In this document: positions 48,507-58,324 of the stretch, one piece after another
How the letters are laid out: each line of letters starts with the position of its first letter
How positions within the stretch are numbered: position 1 is the stretch's first letter
Assembly: GCA_965198225.1 (NCBI GenBank)
Contig: CBDAOY010000003.1
Location: 64,001 to 128,000, forward strand
Reading direction: 5' to 3'
DNA: 64,000 nucleotides
From: Terriglobia bacterium
GTDB lineage: Bacteria > Acidobacteriota > Terriglobia > 20CM-2-55-15
Translations under genes and position numbers: made by a program
Notes under the pieces: model-generated
Database searches by the model: none
What the model was told of the DNA's origin: nothing
Seen by the model: only the letters and a program-made list of their open reading frames with translations

Positions 48507-49481
48507 ATGAAGAGACTGGTTTTGGGGGTCTGTCTGATCATGCTGACGGCAGGACCGGCTTTCGCGACGTTCTCGATCGTGGCCATCGACCCGGACACCG
48601 GCGAGATGGGCGTTGCCGTCGCGTCGCGCTACTTTTCAGTGGGCGCCGTTGTGCCCTGGGCTGAGGCCGATGTCGGGGCGGTCGCGACCCAGGCCAGCGT
48701 GAACGTCGGGTATGGACCCCGCGCACTGGAGCTGTTGAAAGAAGGGCTGACTGCCCAGGAGGTATTGGACCGTCTTTTCGAAGAAGACTCGTTTCCGGGC
48801 AAGGCGGGCCGGCAGATCGCAATCGTCGACCGGCATGGTAACGTGGCGGTCCATACAGGCGAGGCCGCCAACGAGTGGCGCGGTCACCAGAAAGGCGCAA
48901 CCTATTCTGTGCAGGGCAATATCCTTGCCGGACCCGAGGTCGCCGACGCCATGGCCGCCGCGTTCGAGAACACCAGAGGTGAACTGACCGAACGGCTCTA
49001 CGCCGCGTTGGCCGCGGGAGACGCCGCCGGCGGGGATCGACGAGGCCGGCAGTCGGCATCAATCCTCGTCGTGGGAAAGGGAATGGGCAGGAACACGAAC
49101 AACGATCGCTATGCTTACGTCAACGTCGATGACCATCCCGACCCGTTCGGCGAGCTGCGCCGCCTGCTCGACATCCAGCTTGGCATCAATCACTCGTCCC
49201 GGCTGCGCCGCTCGTTGCGGGGTGGCGATCTGGATGCTGCGATGCTGTCCGCAGAACGGTTGATCCGTTACCGCCCTCGCAGCGCGACCGCGTTCATGGA
49301 TCGCGGGTTTCTGCTCTACCTGAACGGGCAGGCCGATTCGGCGATCGATTCCTTCAGGCAAGCGCGAGGTCTCGCTGAGGACAATTTCAAGGAGCTGTGG
49401 GAGCGCATGATCTCGACGGCCGTCTACGAACGCGTGGCTGAAGACACCAAATTCGTAAACAGAGTGTTGGGCGGCAACTGA
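48507..49481 (+). CDS. DUF1028 Ntn-hydrolase-like protein with signal peptide and C-terminal TPR
   Basis: AFA-TFSIVA, GAVATQA and GGDRRGRQSA. Confidence 0.92.
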   Translation: MKRLVLGVCLIMLTAGPAFATFSIVAIDPDTGEMGVAVASRYFSVGAVVPWAEADVGAVATQASVNVGYGPRALELLKEGLTAQEVLDRLFEEDSFPGKAGRQIAIVDRHGNVAVHTGEAANEWRGHQKGATYSVQGNILAGPEVADAMAAAFENTRGELTERLYAALAAGDAAGGDRRGRQSASILVVGKGMGRNTNNDRYAYVNVDDHPDPFGELRRLLDIQLGINHSSRLRRSLRGGDLDAAMLSAERLIRYRPRSATAFMDRGFLLYLNGQADSAIDSFRQARGLAEDNFKELWERMISTAVYERVAEDTKFVNRVLGGN

Positions 49482-49598
49482 TTCATCCGGCGTTTCTGCT
49501 CAACATACATCCGGGGACAGGGCTATACCCCTGTCCCCCTCACATTGGCTCTCTCGCGGCCCCGGTTGATTGAGCGGATGTTATCGATCCGATAAGAT

Positions 49599-49630
49599 GT
49601 GCGGTCATAGACGTCATAGACCGCACCTAC
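49599..49630. repeat. GTAG-type REP with an internal 9-bp duplication
   Basis: GTGCGGTCATAGAC-GTCATAGAC-CGCACCTAC. Confidence 0.75.
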
Positions 49631-49645
49631 AGCTGACTACTGACT

Positions 49646-52229
49646 ATGCTCATCCTTCGTGTATCTCTAATAATGTTGCTTATGACTGTCATGTCCGGTT
49701 GCGGGAGCGCTGACATCGACGACACCGATCCCGTACCCGGAATAAGCCTCGAGCTTGCGACACGGCGCGCTCGCACCATCGAAGATCTTCGCTACGATCT
49801 TTCCCTCGATATTCCGTCTGAGGCTTCGGAACCGATTTCCGGACGCGCGGCCCTCCGGTTCACGTTGACGGAGACGTCGGGACCCCTCGTGCTGGATTTC
49901 GCACCAGGCGGGGATTTTCTGACGTCGGTGACCACGGGCGGCACCCCCTCCCGATTCCGGGCTGCCAACGGCCACATCCTCATTCCAACAGACGAACTGG
50001 TCCACGGCGAGAACACCGTGGAGATAGTCTTTCGGGCCGGTGATGCGTCACTCAATCGGAACCCGGAGTTCATGTATACGCTGTTCGTGCCGGCGCGGGC
50101 GCATCTGGCATTCCCGTGTTTCGATCAGCCGGACCTCAAGGCTCGATACACGCTGGAACTGGAAGTTCCGGCCGATTGGGAAGCGGTCGCCAACGGGCCG
50201 GAGATATCCCGGGAACCCGAGGGGGATCGCGTCCGCATCCGTTACTCGGAAACCCAGCCGATTCCGACCTACCTGTTCGCGTTTGCCGCCGGAGAATTTC
50301 AGGTGGAAACCGCCGAGCTCGGCGGGCGCAGATACCGGATGTTCCATCGCGAAACGGATGCTGAGAAGGTCGAACGCAACCGGGATGTCGCTTTCGACCT
50401 GCACGCCTCGGCGTTGGGGTGGCTCGAAGACTACACCGCGATCGAGTATCCGTTCGAGAAATTCGATTTCGTTCTCATTCCCTCGTTTCAGTTCGGCGGT
50501 ATGGAGCATCCCGGAGCCATCTTCTACAACCAGTCGTCGTTGCTGCTCGACCCCTCCGCCACTCAGAGCCAGATGTTGGGGCGGGCGAGCGTGATCTCGC
50601 ACGAAACCGCGCACATGTGGTTTGGCGATCTGGTGACGATGCGGTGGTTCAACGACGTGTGGATGAAGGAGGTGTTTGCCAACTTCATGGCCGCCAAGAT
50701 CGTGAACCCCTCCTTTCCGGAGGTCAATCACGACCTCCGCTTTCTGGTTGCACACTATCCGTCGGCGTACGGTGTGGACCGAACCGAGGGCACTCACCCG
50801 ATCCGGCAGGAGCTTGCCAACCTGAACGAAGCCGGCAGTCTCTATGGCGCGATCATCTACCAGAAGGCACCGATTGTGATGCGCCAGCTCGAACGCATTC
50901 TCGGGGGTGAGGCGTTCCAGGACGGCCTGCGCGTCTACCTCAAGCAGTTCGAATTCGGCAACGCGACCTGGACCGACCTGGTGGGGGTCCTCGATGAACG
51001 GACCGAGCTCGACCTGGTCACGTGGAGCCGGGCATGGGTCGAAGAAGCCGGAAGACCTTCTATTCGCACGGAGTTGGTACCCGACTCGCAAGGGGGGATC
51101 CGAAACACTTGCCTTCGTGCAATCCGATCGACAACAGGGGCGGTCGCTCGTCTGGACGCAGCAGATGGAAGTCTTGCTCGGCACCGCTTCCGACGTCCGT
51201 TCGTTTCGGGTCGGGCTGGAGAACCAGCGGTCCGAATTGGATGTCGCGCGCTTGCCCCGGCCGGATTTCGTGTTGCCGACCGGTGGGGGGCTGGCCTACG
51301 GGAGCTTCACGCTGGACGAGGGCAGCCGTCGATTCCTGCTGCAAAACGTTCCCGAGATCGATGATCCTGTCACTCGCGGCGCGGCCTGGGTCACGCTGTG
51401 GGAGGAGTTGCTCGACGGCCGGGTGCCGACTCCGGAATTCCTCGAACTGGCCTTGCGCGCTCTGCCTATGGAGGACACGGAGCAGAACGTCCAGCTCGTG
51501 TTGGGCTACGTGCGCTCCGCGTTCTGGAGATTCCTGCCGGGAGTCGATCGGCAGACGCTCTCGCAGAGGCTCGAGCGGGTCCTGCGGCGGGAACTGGCGC
51601 GTGCGGAATCATCGAGCTTGAAATCGACATACTTTTCGGCGTTTCGTTCCATCGTTACGACACCGGAAGGAATCGCGTTTCTGGAGCGCGTGTGGCGGCG
51701 CGACGAAGAGATTCCCGGTCTGACGCTCTCGGAGAATGACGAAGCCGCGATGGCCCTGGACCTTGCCGTGAGATCCGTCCCCGGGGCTGCGGAAATCCTC
51801 GAGGAACAACTGGGTAGGATTGAGAATCCAGACCGCAAGGCCCGTTTCGACTTCGTCATGCCGGCGCTGTCGGATAGCCAGGAGACAAGGGACGCTTTCT
51901 TTGCGAGCCTGACGGATGTCGAGAACCGGCGTCGTGAGCCGTGGGTGCTGGAAGGCGTGCGTTACCTCAACCACCCGCTCCGTGCCGAGCAGTCTCGGAA
52001 ATACCTGCGCCCCGCCCTGGACCTGCTCCAGGAACTCCGGAGCACCGGCGACATCTTCTTTCCGCGAAACTGGATGGGAGCGATGCTCGGCGGGCACGAT
52101 TCACCCGCATCAGCAGACGTGGTTCGTGACTTTCTCAGCGACCACCGCGACTACCCGATAAGGCTTCGTCGCATCATATTGCAGGCAGCCGACCCTCTGT
52201 TCCGCGCGACTGAGATTCGGGGCGAGTAA
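49646..52229 (+). pseudogene. pepN: M1 aminopeptidase N (lipoprotein), split by a +1 frameshift near 51100
   Basis: FPCFDQPDLKA, GGMEH, HETAHMWFGD...KE and YQKA; the C-terminal domain continues in ORF 50907..52229; removing one C at ATC-C-GAA restores GGIETLAFVQSD. Confidence 0.85.
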
Positions 52230-52351
52230 TCTGCTGTGGATCAGGAATCCAACCACCCCGTCTGCGCCAGGCCGCGCATCCACGTTCTTATCCAAGGAGG
52301 GGAGTCTTGGGAGGAGTCACCCGATCTTCGATTTCAAATCTCGACTGAACA

Positions 52352-53590
52352 CTAGTTCGACGTCGGCCAGAGGGCTCCCTGGTTTGCTTTCGTGACCTGT
52401 CCGATTCCTTTGTACACGAATTTCTGTATCCGTTTTCCCTCGTAGGTCTCGGTCGTGTAAACGTTGCCCTGCGAATCGGTCGCAATACTATGCACCGCGA
52501 AGAACTGACCCGGCTGGCGTCCTCCATCGCCGAAACTGGTCAAGACCTCCATGGTTTCACGGAGTAGGATGTAGACCTTCATGTTCTGACCGTCGGCCAG
52601 ATAGATGTACTTCTGCTCCGGATCCTTCGAGAAGGCGATGTCCCAGGTGGAGCCCTGAGCGAGCGTTTCTGATGCGATGAACGCTTCCTTTACGTACGTG
52701 CCATCTCGCTGGAACACCTGAATTCGATCGGAAGCGCGATCGCATACGTACAGGAGTCCGTCGTCTGCCAGGTCGACGCAGTGCACCGGGCCACGGAACT
52801 GCTGAGCGGGAGGGGCGTCCGGACTGTACCGACCGAGCGGGGCGTCATCGGGCTTGTTGCCGTACGCGCCCCAGTATCGTTTGAATTTGCCGGTATCCGC
52901 GTCTACGACCGCGACGCGCTTGTTGAGGTAGCCGTCGGCGAAATAGGCCTCGTTGGCCTGTGGATCGACAAAGAGGTCCGCGACTCGTCCGAAGTTCTCT
53001 GTGTCGTTGCTGTCGGCCTGAAACCTCGGCCTGCCGTTGGGGGCGGTACCCGCAGCATGCGCCCCGGACTTACCCATTTGCATCAAGAACTTTCCGTTCC
53101 GGTTGAACTTCAAGACCTGCGCGTCGGGTTGGCCATTCCCGCCGATCCAGATGTTGTCCTTGTGGTCGACCACGATCCCGTGGTTGGACCCCGGCCACTC
53201 GTAGCCCTCGCCCGGCCCACCCCAGTGTCCGACAAGGTTGCCTTCCGGATCGAACTCGAGGATATTCGGCGCCGGGATACAGCACTCGCTCACGGGCGGA
53301 TCAAGGGTGGCGCCGATTTCAGTCCGCTCGGCAAACGTGGTCCGCCGATGAATGACCCAGACATGGTCCCTTGAGTCGACATCCACGCCGATAGTCGAGC
53401 CCATGATCCAATGGTTCGGCAGCGGCTTCGGCCAGAACGGGTCGACCTCGAAGATCGGTGCCTCGACCATGTCCTCGCTTTGCGCCACAGCGCTGCGTTC
53501 GAGCACCACTGCGCCGACGCCCAGTGCGACCATGAGTGCGAGAAACGTCGCACCGATAAAGAGATTAGGCTTTCGCTTCATCCTTCTCAT
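52352..53590 (-). CDS. Exported NHL-repeat beta-propeller (peptidyl-alpha-hydroxyglycine lyase-like)
   Basis: FEVDPFWPKPLP, ADGYLNKR, YVCDR..DRIQVF and HSIATDSQGNVY. Confidence 0.85.
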   Translation of the reverse strand: MRRMKRKPNLFIGATFLALMVALGVGAVVLERSAVAQSEDMVEAPIFEVDPFWPKPLPNHWIMGSTIGVDVDSRDHVWVIHRRTTFAERTEIGATLDPPVSECCIPAPNILEFDPEGNLVGHWGGPGEGYEWPGSNHGIVVDHKDNIWIGGNGQPDAQVLKFNRNGKFLMQMGKSGAHAAGTAPNGRPRFQADSNDTENFGRVADLFVDPQANEAYFADGYLNKRVAVVDADTGKFKRYWGAYGNKPDDAPLGRYSPDAPPAQQFRGPVHCVDLADDGLLYVCDRASDRIQVFQRDGTYVKEAFIASETLAQGSTWDIAFSKDPEQKYIYLADGQNMKVYILLRETMEVLTSFGDGGRQPGQFFAVHSIATDSQGNVYTTETYEGKRIQKFVYKGIGQVTKANQGALWPTSN

Positions 53591-53772
53591 CTCCTGTTCC
53601 TCCCGTGGGAGGAGTAAGCAGCATAAAAATCAAGACCTTCCACCGGGTAAATCGAGGGCGTCAGTATAACGGAAAATCGGGGTGGCTACCATTTTCTTGG
53701 GGTGGCGGAAAGTTTCGCAGTGCGAGCACGTGAATCGGAAGGAGGGGCCCGGTTGGCGCCGTTGGTTTTCGG

Positions 53773-55173
53773 TTGTCAGCCGCCTTTCGATCCAATTACT
53801 CTACGCTCGTGTTGCAGCCTCTGCCCAGACACTCTGCAGCCCGCCGTCACCTCCTCCTGCTGTCGGCGGTGCTGGTCGTATTCCTAGTGCCATCCGACAG
53901 CGCTGCGCACGAGGTTCCAAACGACGTGACGGTCCGGGTGTTCGTCAAGCCGGAGGGGGAACGATTGCGTCTGCTGGTTCGGGTGCCTCTGGAGGCACTG
54001 CAGGACGTGGAGTGGCCAACCCGCGGTCCGGGGTACCTGGACCTGACGGCCCTCGACGCAATTCTTCGTGACGCCGCAACGCTCTGGATCTCAGACAACG
54101 TCGACTTCTACGAGGACGATGTCCTGCTTCCCGATGCCAGCGCGGTTCAATTGCAGGTTTCGTTGCCCTCCGATAGTTCCTTCGCGTCTTACCAAGAAGC
54201 CCTTGCGCACATCCGTGGCCCGGGATTGCCCGAGGACACGGAGCTGTATTGGGAGCAGGGGATGCTCGACGTCCTGTTTGAGTATCCCATTCGTTCGGAC
54301 CAGTCGGACTTCTCGATCGATCCCAGTTTCGAGCGGTTGGGGCTGCACGTGCTGACCGCGCTTCGTTTTCTACCGCCGGACGGCACGGTCCGCGCGTTCC
54401 AGTTGCCGGGGCATCCGGGCCTCGTCCGGCTCGACCCGCGATGGCACCAGGCCGCCCTGCGTTTCGTTCTGTTGGGGTTCCTCCACATCCTGGACGGGAT
54501 CGATCACCTGTTATTCCTGCTGTGCCTGGTAATCCCGTTCCGCCGCTTTCGCCCGCTCCTGGTGATCGTCACGTCCTTTACCGTCGCACATTCGATGACG
54601 TTGATAGCGTCGGCTTTCGACCTGGCGCCAGACGCGTTGTGGTTTCCCCCTCTGGTCGAGATGCTGATCGCGATGTCCATCGTGTACATGGCACTCGAGA
54701 ACATCGTGGGAACCAAGGTTGAACGCCGGTGGATGATCACCTTCGGGTTCGGACTGATCCACGGGTTCGGCTTCTCATTCGCGCTCCAGCAGACGCTGCA
54801 GTTCGCCGGATCCCATCTTCTGACGTCATTGTTGTCCTTCAACCTCGGCGTGGAGTTGGGACAGATCCTCGTCCTCATGCTGGTGATCCCGGGACTGGGC
54901 CTGCTGTTCCGTTACGGCGTCGCCGAGCGTATCGGGGTCATCATTCTCTCCGTGTTCGTCGCTCACACGGGCTGGCACTGGATGGTCGAGCGGTGGGGCG
55001 TGTTGAGCCAGTACCCGATGCCGGAACTGAACGCCTCGCTGCTGGCAAGTGCCATGAGATGGCTAATGCTGATCGTAGCCCTGGCAGGAGTGGTGTGGCT
55101 GCTCTCCGGCTCGCTGCGACAATGGATCGAGCAGGAGGGCGAGGACAAGGAGGCGATCGGCGCGGAGGACTAG
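53773..55173 (+). CDS. HupE/UreJ-family membrane protein; start uncertain
   Basis: AHE after a signal-like segment; GFLHILDGIDHLLF, FTVAHS, FGLIHGFGF and FNLGVELGQ. Confidence 0.88.
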   Translation: MSAAFRSNYSTLVLQPLPRHSAARRHLLLLSAVLVVFLVPSDSAAHEVPNDVTVRVFVKPEGERLRLLVRVPLEALQDVEWPTRGPGYLDLTALDAILRDAATLWISDNVDFYEDDVLLPDASAVQLQVSLPSDSSFASYQEALAHIRGPGLPEDTELYWEQGMLDVLFEYPIRSDQSDFSIDPSFERLGLHVLTALRFLPPDGTVRAFQLPGHPGLVRLDPRWHQAALRFVLLGFLHILDGIDHLLFLLCLVIPFRRFRPLLVIVTSFTVAHSMTLIASAFDLAPDALWFPPLVEMLIAMSIVYMALENIVGTKVERRWMITFGFGLIHGFGFSFALQQTLQFAGSHLLTSLLSFNLGVELGQILVLMLVIPGLGLLFRYGVAERIGVIILSVFVAHTGWHWMVERWGVLSQYPMPELNASLLASAMRWLMLIVALAGVVWLLSGSLRQWIEQEGEDKEAIGAED

Positions 55174-55200
55174 TGGACGGAGACCGAATTCGTCCCAGAC

Positions 55201-55700
55201 CTACGGAATCACCGCAGTGATGTTTCGTTTCGGTACCTGCCCGACGGGGATACGGGCGATCTCTTCCCGGGTGGCGATATCGACGGCGGAAACGGAGTTC
55301 GAGCCGGCGTTGGCGACGTAGACCGTCTTGCTGTCCGGCGTGATCGTGAGCCAGTCGGGATGTTCCCCCACGTGGACGCCCCCGAGCAGTGTCAGATCGG
55401 GCAGGGAATAGCCATACACGTAGCTGTTGACCTTGCTGCAGACCCATAACGTCTTCCCATCGGGAGCGACTCCGATTCCGTAAAATTCCGCCCGCTGATC
55501 GAGCCCGCGACCACGTGTTTGCCGTCGGGTGTGACGTAGGTGTTGTGCACGCCGCCTCGCGTCAAAACGCGACCGGCCTGTTCCAGGGAGGTCGTGTCGA
55601 TGACATCCACGGCGCCCGGTCCGGAGATGATCGCGACGTAAACCCGTCGGCCGTCCTTGCTGATGGCAACGTTGTTGGGTCGGCCGCTCAGGGGGATCAT
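55201..55700 (-). pseudogene. YVTN/YncE beta-propeller gene, 5'-truncated with an internal frame break near 55482
   Basis: One frame gives IPLSGRPNNVAISKDGRRVYVA...TPDGKHVVAGS; another gives GIGVAPDGKTLWV...TPDSKTVYVANAGSNSVSAVD. Confidence 0.82.
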
Positions 55701-55836
55701 CCCTTCCACCCGGGAGGCAGGCACTGGTCTTCCCGCGACGATCCGGAGTGGCAGATGCTGGCCGACTGGGTGCGCGGTAAAGCGCCCTCTCCCGAGCAGT
55801 AGAATCCTCCCCTTCCCCAAAATCAATGGGTCTCGA

Positions 55837-56049
55837 TTGCAGATTGCGATATTGAGCAATCCTCATTGCAGGTTGCTCATTGGAAATTGCTTCATTTCGA
55901 ATCTTCGAAACCAGCTTCGAGAGAGTTTGCAGGCATCAGCGCTCTTGTCGCGTCGAGAGGAAGAGTGTTTACGTTCGATCAATGACAACTGGAGCAATTT
56001 GCAATGTCCAACTTCCAATGCGGATTGGTCCAATGACCAATTTGCGATA
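55837..56049. repeat. Imperfect ~55-bp inverted repeat built from CATTG/CAATG units
   Basis: ATTGCAGATTGCGATATTGAGCAATCCTCATTGCAGGTTGCTCATTGGAAATTGC pairs with GCAATTTGCAATGTCCAACTTCCAATGCGGATTGGTCCAATGACCAATTTGCGAT. Confidence 0.72.
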
Positions 56050-56220
56050 GATCTGGAGCTCCTGCATTTCTCAAAGCCGGGAATCCCAATCTCCTCCACC
56101 ACGGATTTTCCCCGGTCTTCTAATCCCTTTCTAAAGAAGCGCCTGCGTGCTCTGGCCGCCATCCTTCCCGATTCGACCTGAAACGATTGTGGGGCAGGAA
56201 ACGTAGTCTATACAGTAGAA

Positions 56221-56252
56221 ATGATATTGATATGATATCATTTTAATATCAT
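56221..56252. promoter_or_regulatory. Nested AT-rich palindrome, candidate operator
   Basis: ATGATATT-GAT-ATGATATCAT-TTT-AATATCAT directly before the SPFH RBS (GGAGG). Confidence 0.6.
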
Positions 56253-56263
56253 GGGAGGATGCC

Positions 56264-57145
56264 ATGCAAGTAAACAACGAAAAAACAATCCAGGTACAGA
56301 GCGGGTGGGTGATGCTGTTCTTCAACATCATCCTCTTGCTTGGCGGGATATTCCTCACGCTATATGCCATCGACGAAGCCGCCTCCTGGCTCTTCCTGTC
56401 GATTCCGGCCATCGTTCTCGGTGGGATTTGCACGGGTGGATTCTTTACCCTGCAGCCCAACGAAGCGCGTGTCTTGATTCTGTTCGGGCAGTACGTCGGC
56501 ACCGCCCGTGAGAGCGGGTTTCGCTGGACGAACCCCTTCTACACGAAGGCGAAGATCTCCCTGCGCTCGAGGAATTTCGACGGCGAGAAACTGAAGGTCA
56601 ACGAGGCTGGCGGAAACCCCATCGAGATTTCAGCGGTCGTGGTGTGGCGTGTCGCCGACACAGCGAAGGCGGTCTTCGACGTCGACGATTACGAGCACTT
56701 CGTGAAGGTCCAGAGTGAATCGGCCTTACGGCACATGGCGAATCAATACCCCTACGATCAAGGTGAGGACGAGGATGAGACACAGGTCACCCTGCGAAGC
56801 GGGATGGACGAGGTCAACCGAACCCTACTGGATCAGGTGCAGGACCGTCTCAGACGCGCCGGCGTGAAAGTCGAGGAGGCTAGGCTGAACCACCTCGCAT
56901 ATGCGCCGGAGATCGCCGGTGCGATGCTCCGACGCCGGCAGGCCGAAGCGATCATCGCGGCGCGAAAGAAAATCGTTCATGGCGCGGTCAGCATGGTGGA
57001 CATGGCCCTGCGCGATCTGGCAGAGCAACGTGTAGTGGAACTTGACGAGGAGCGCAAGGCGACGATGGTGAGTAACCTGCTCGTCGTCCTGTGCGGCGAA
57101 ACTGAAGCCCACCCGGTGATCAACGCGGGTTCGCTCTACAACTAG
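56264..57145 (+). CDS. SPFH/Band 7 domain protein
   Basis: [26 protein letters not shown] and [12 protein letters not shown]. Confidence 0.95.
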   Translation: MQVNNEKTIQVQSGWVMLFFNIILLLGGIFLTLYAIDEAASWLFLSIPAIVLGGICTGGFFTLQPNEARVLILFGQYVGTARESGFRWTNPFYTKAKISLRSRNFDGEKLKVNEAGGNPIEISAVVVWRVADTAKAVFDVDDYEHFVKVQSESALRHMANQYPYDQGEDEDETQVTLRSGMDEVNRTLLDQVQDRLRRAGVKVEEARLNHLAYAPEIAGAMLRRRQAEAIIAARKKIVHGAVSMVDMALRDLAEQRVVELDEERKATMVSNLLVVLCGETEAHPVINAGSLYN

Positions 57146-57157
57146 CAGGACCGAATC

Positions 57158-57343
57158 GTGTCTCGCAAGGCATTTCTCCTGAGGATCGATGTCAAGCTCT
57201 GGGAAGAGCTCATGCGGTGGTCGCATGACGAGTTGCGCAGTGTCAACGGTCAAATCGAGTACCTGTTGAAGCAGGCCGTCGACAAGAGAAAGGGAGTCCA
57301 TTCAGCCGACTCCCTCCCGGATCCGAAACCCGACGATTCTTGA
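57158..57343 (+). CDS. Arc-like ribbon-helix-helix DNA-binding protein
   Basis: RKAFLLRID...DELRSVNGQIEYLL. Confidence 0.88.
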   Translation: MSRKAFLLRIDVKLWEELMRWSHDELRSVNGQIEYLLKQAVDKRKGVHSADSLPDPKPDDS

Positions 57344-57397
57344 GATCGGAGATGATTCATCGAGAGATTCTGGAGGGGCGGATCTCCTGAGGACGGT

Positions 57398-57579
57398 GTA
57401 GGTGCGGTCTATGACCGCACGTGATTCCGGCTTGAGGGAGGCCTGGGGGGACCGGACCAGCTGTCTTTCTCCACACACCCGCGCACGGCGATCGGCACTT
57501 GAACGCTCAAACTCACCTCGAGAGGGGGACGGTGGGCCCGACGCTAATGAATGGTTCCGCTCATAGAGCGCACCTGCAC
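57398..57579. repeat. GTAG-type REP doublet with a long spacer
   Basis: GTAGGTGCGGTCTATGACCGCAC at 57398 and CGCTCATAGAGCGCACCTGCAC ending near 57579. Confidence 0.75.
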
Positions 57580-57650
57580 GCGATCAGATCAGCGATCTGA
57601 AACCTCAAACCTGCAATCTCGAATTTCGAATGAGTCCTTCGGGGGCTTTC

Positions 57651-57941
57651 TCAGGATCTACCCGGCGGTTTCTTTTTCGGGTCAGGGTGGGAGTGGGCCG
57701 TGCCCTTCAAGTATTTCTCAGGATCCTTCGTGAAAGCGGCCATGTCAGCTTTCATGCAGAAGTAGTAAGTCTTCCCGTTGTACTTGGCGGACAGTTCAGG
57801 TTTCTTCTCAACCATCATATTGCATACCGGGTCTTTGACCTTTTCGGCCTTTTCCGGCGCCTTTGTTTGTGCCCACGCGGCGGTGACCGGCGCGCCGGCA
57901 AAGACGGCAACAAGCGCCATCGCCAGAACCCATTGTTTCAT
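57651..57941 (-). CDS. Exported YHS-domain protein
   Basis: Signal peptide; KDPVCNM and YNGKTYYFC...FTKDPEKY. Confidence 0.88.
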   Translation of the reverse strand: MKQWVLAMALVAVFAGAPVTAAWAQTKAPEKAEKVKDPVCNMMVEKKPELSAKYNGKTYYFCMKADMAAFTKDPEKYLKGTAHSHPDPKKKPPGRS

Positions 57942-58232
57942 GTTACGAAACACCTCCCAGTGATTGTCTAAACCAATAAACCGTCGACGGTTACAATGCA
58001 AGAAAAAACCATCGGACTTCGAGAACGCCTTCCCGATCATCCCGTGTCGTTCCCCGAGGGTCAGTCGTGATCGACAGACCGAAAACCGGTTTCAGGTTTG
58101 CCAGGATTGTCGGGGAAGAAGCGGCGGCCTGTGCCGTTCTCTCTGTTGTTGGACGCGGCTTGAGCCGGGAAGTTAGAAGTTAGTTTTACCGTAGTCCGTT
58201 GTCAGCAGTCAGTCGTGATCAGCACGACCCTC

Positions 58233-58260
58233 GACTCCCCTCCTGCTAATGAGGGGAGTC
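58233..58260. terminator. Stem-loop, possible terminator
   Basis: GACTCCCCTC-CTGCTAAT-GAGGGGAGTC followed by TTT. Confidence 0.5.
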
Positions 58261-58324
58261 TTTGGCATATGACGCAGTACGTCGAGGAGCTTTCCCAACT
58301 TCCTACTGACTACTGGCAACTGAC

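Noticed and set aside
55863-56162. Possible small gene between the YVTN fragment and SPFH
   Set aside because: It overlaps an inverted-repeat element, has atypical composition and shows no recognisable domain.
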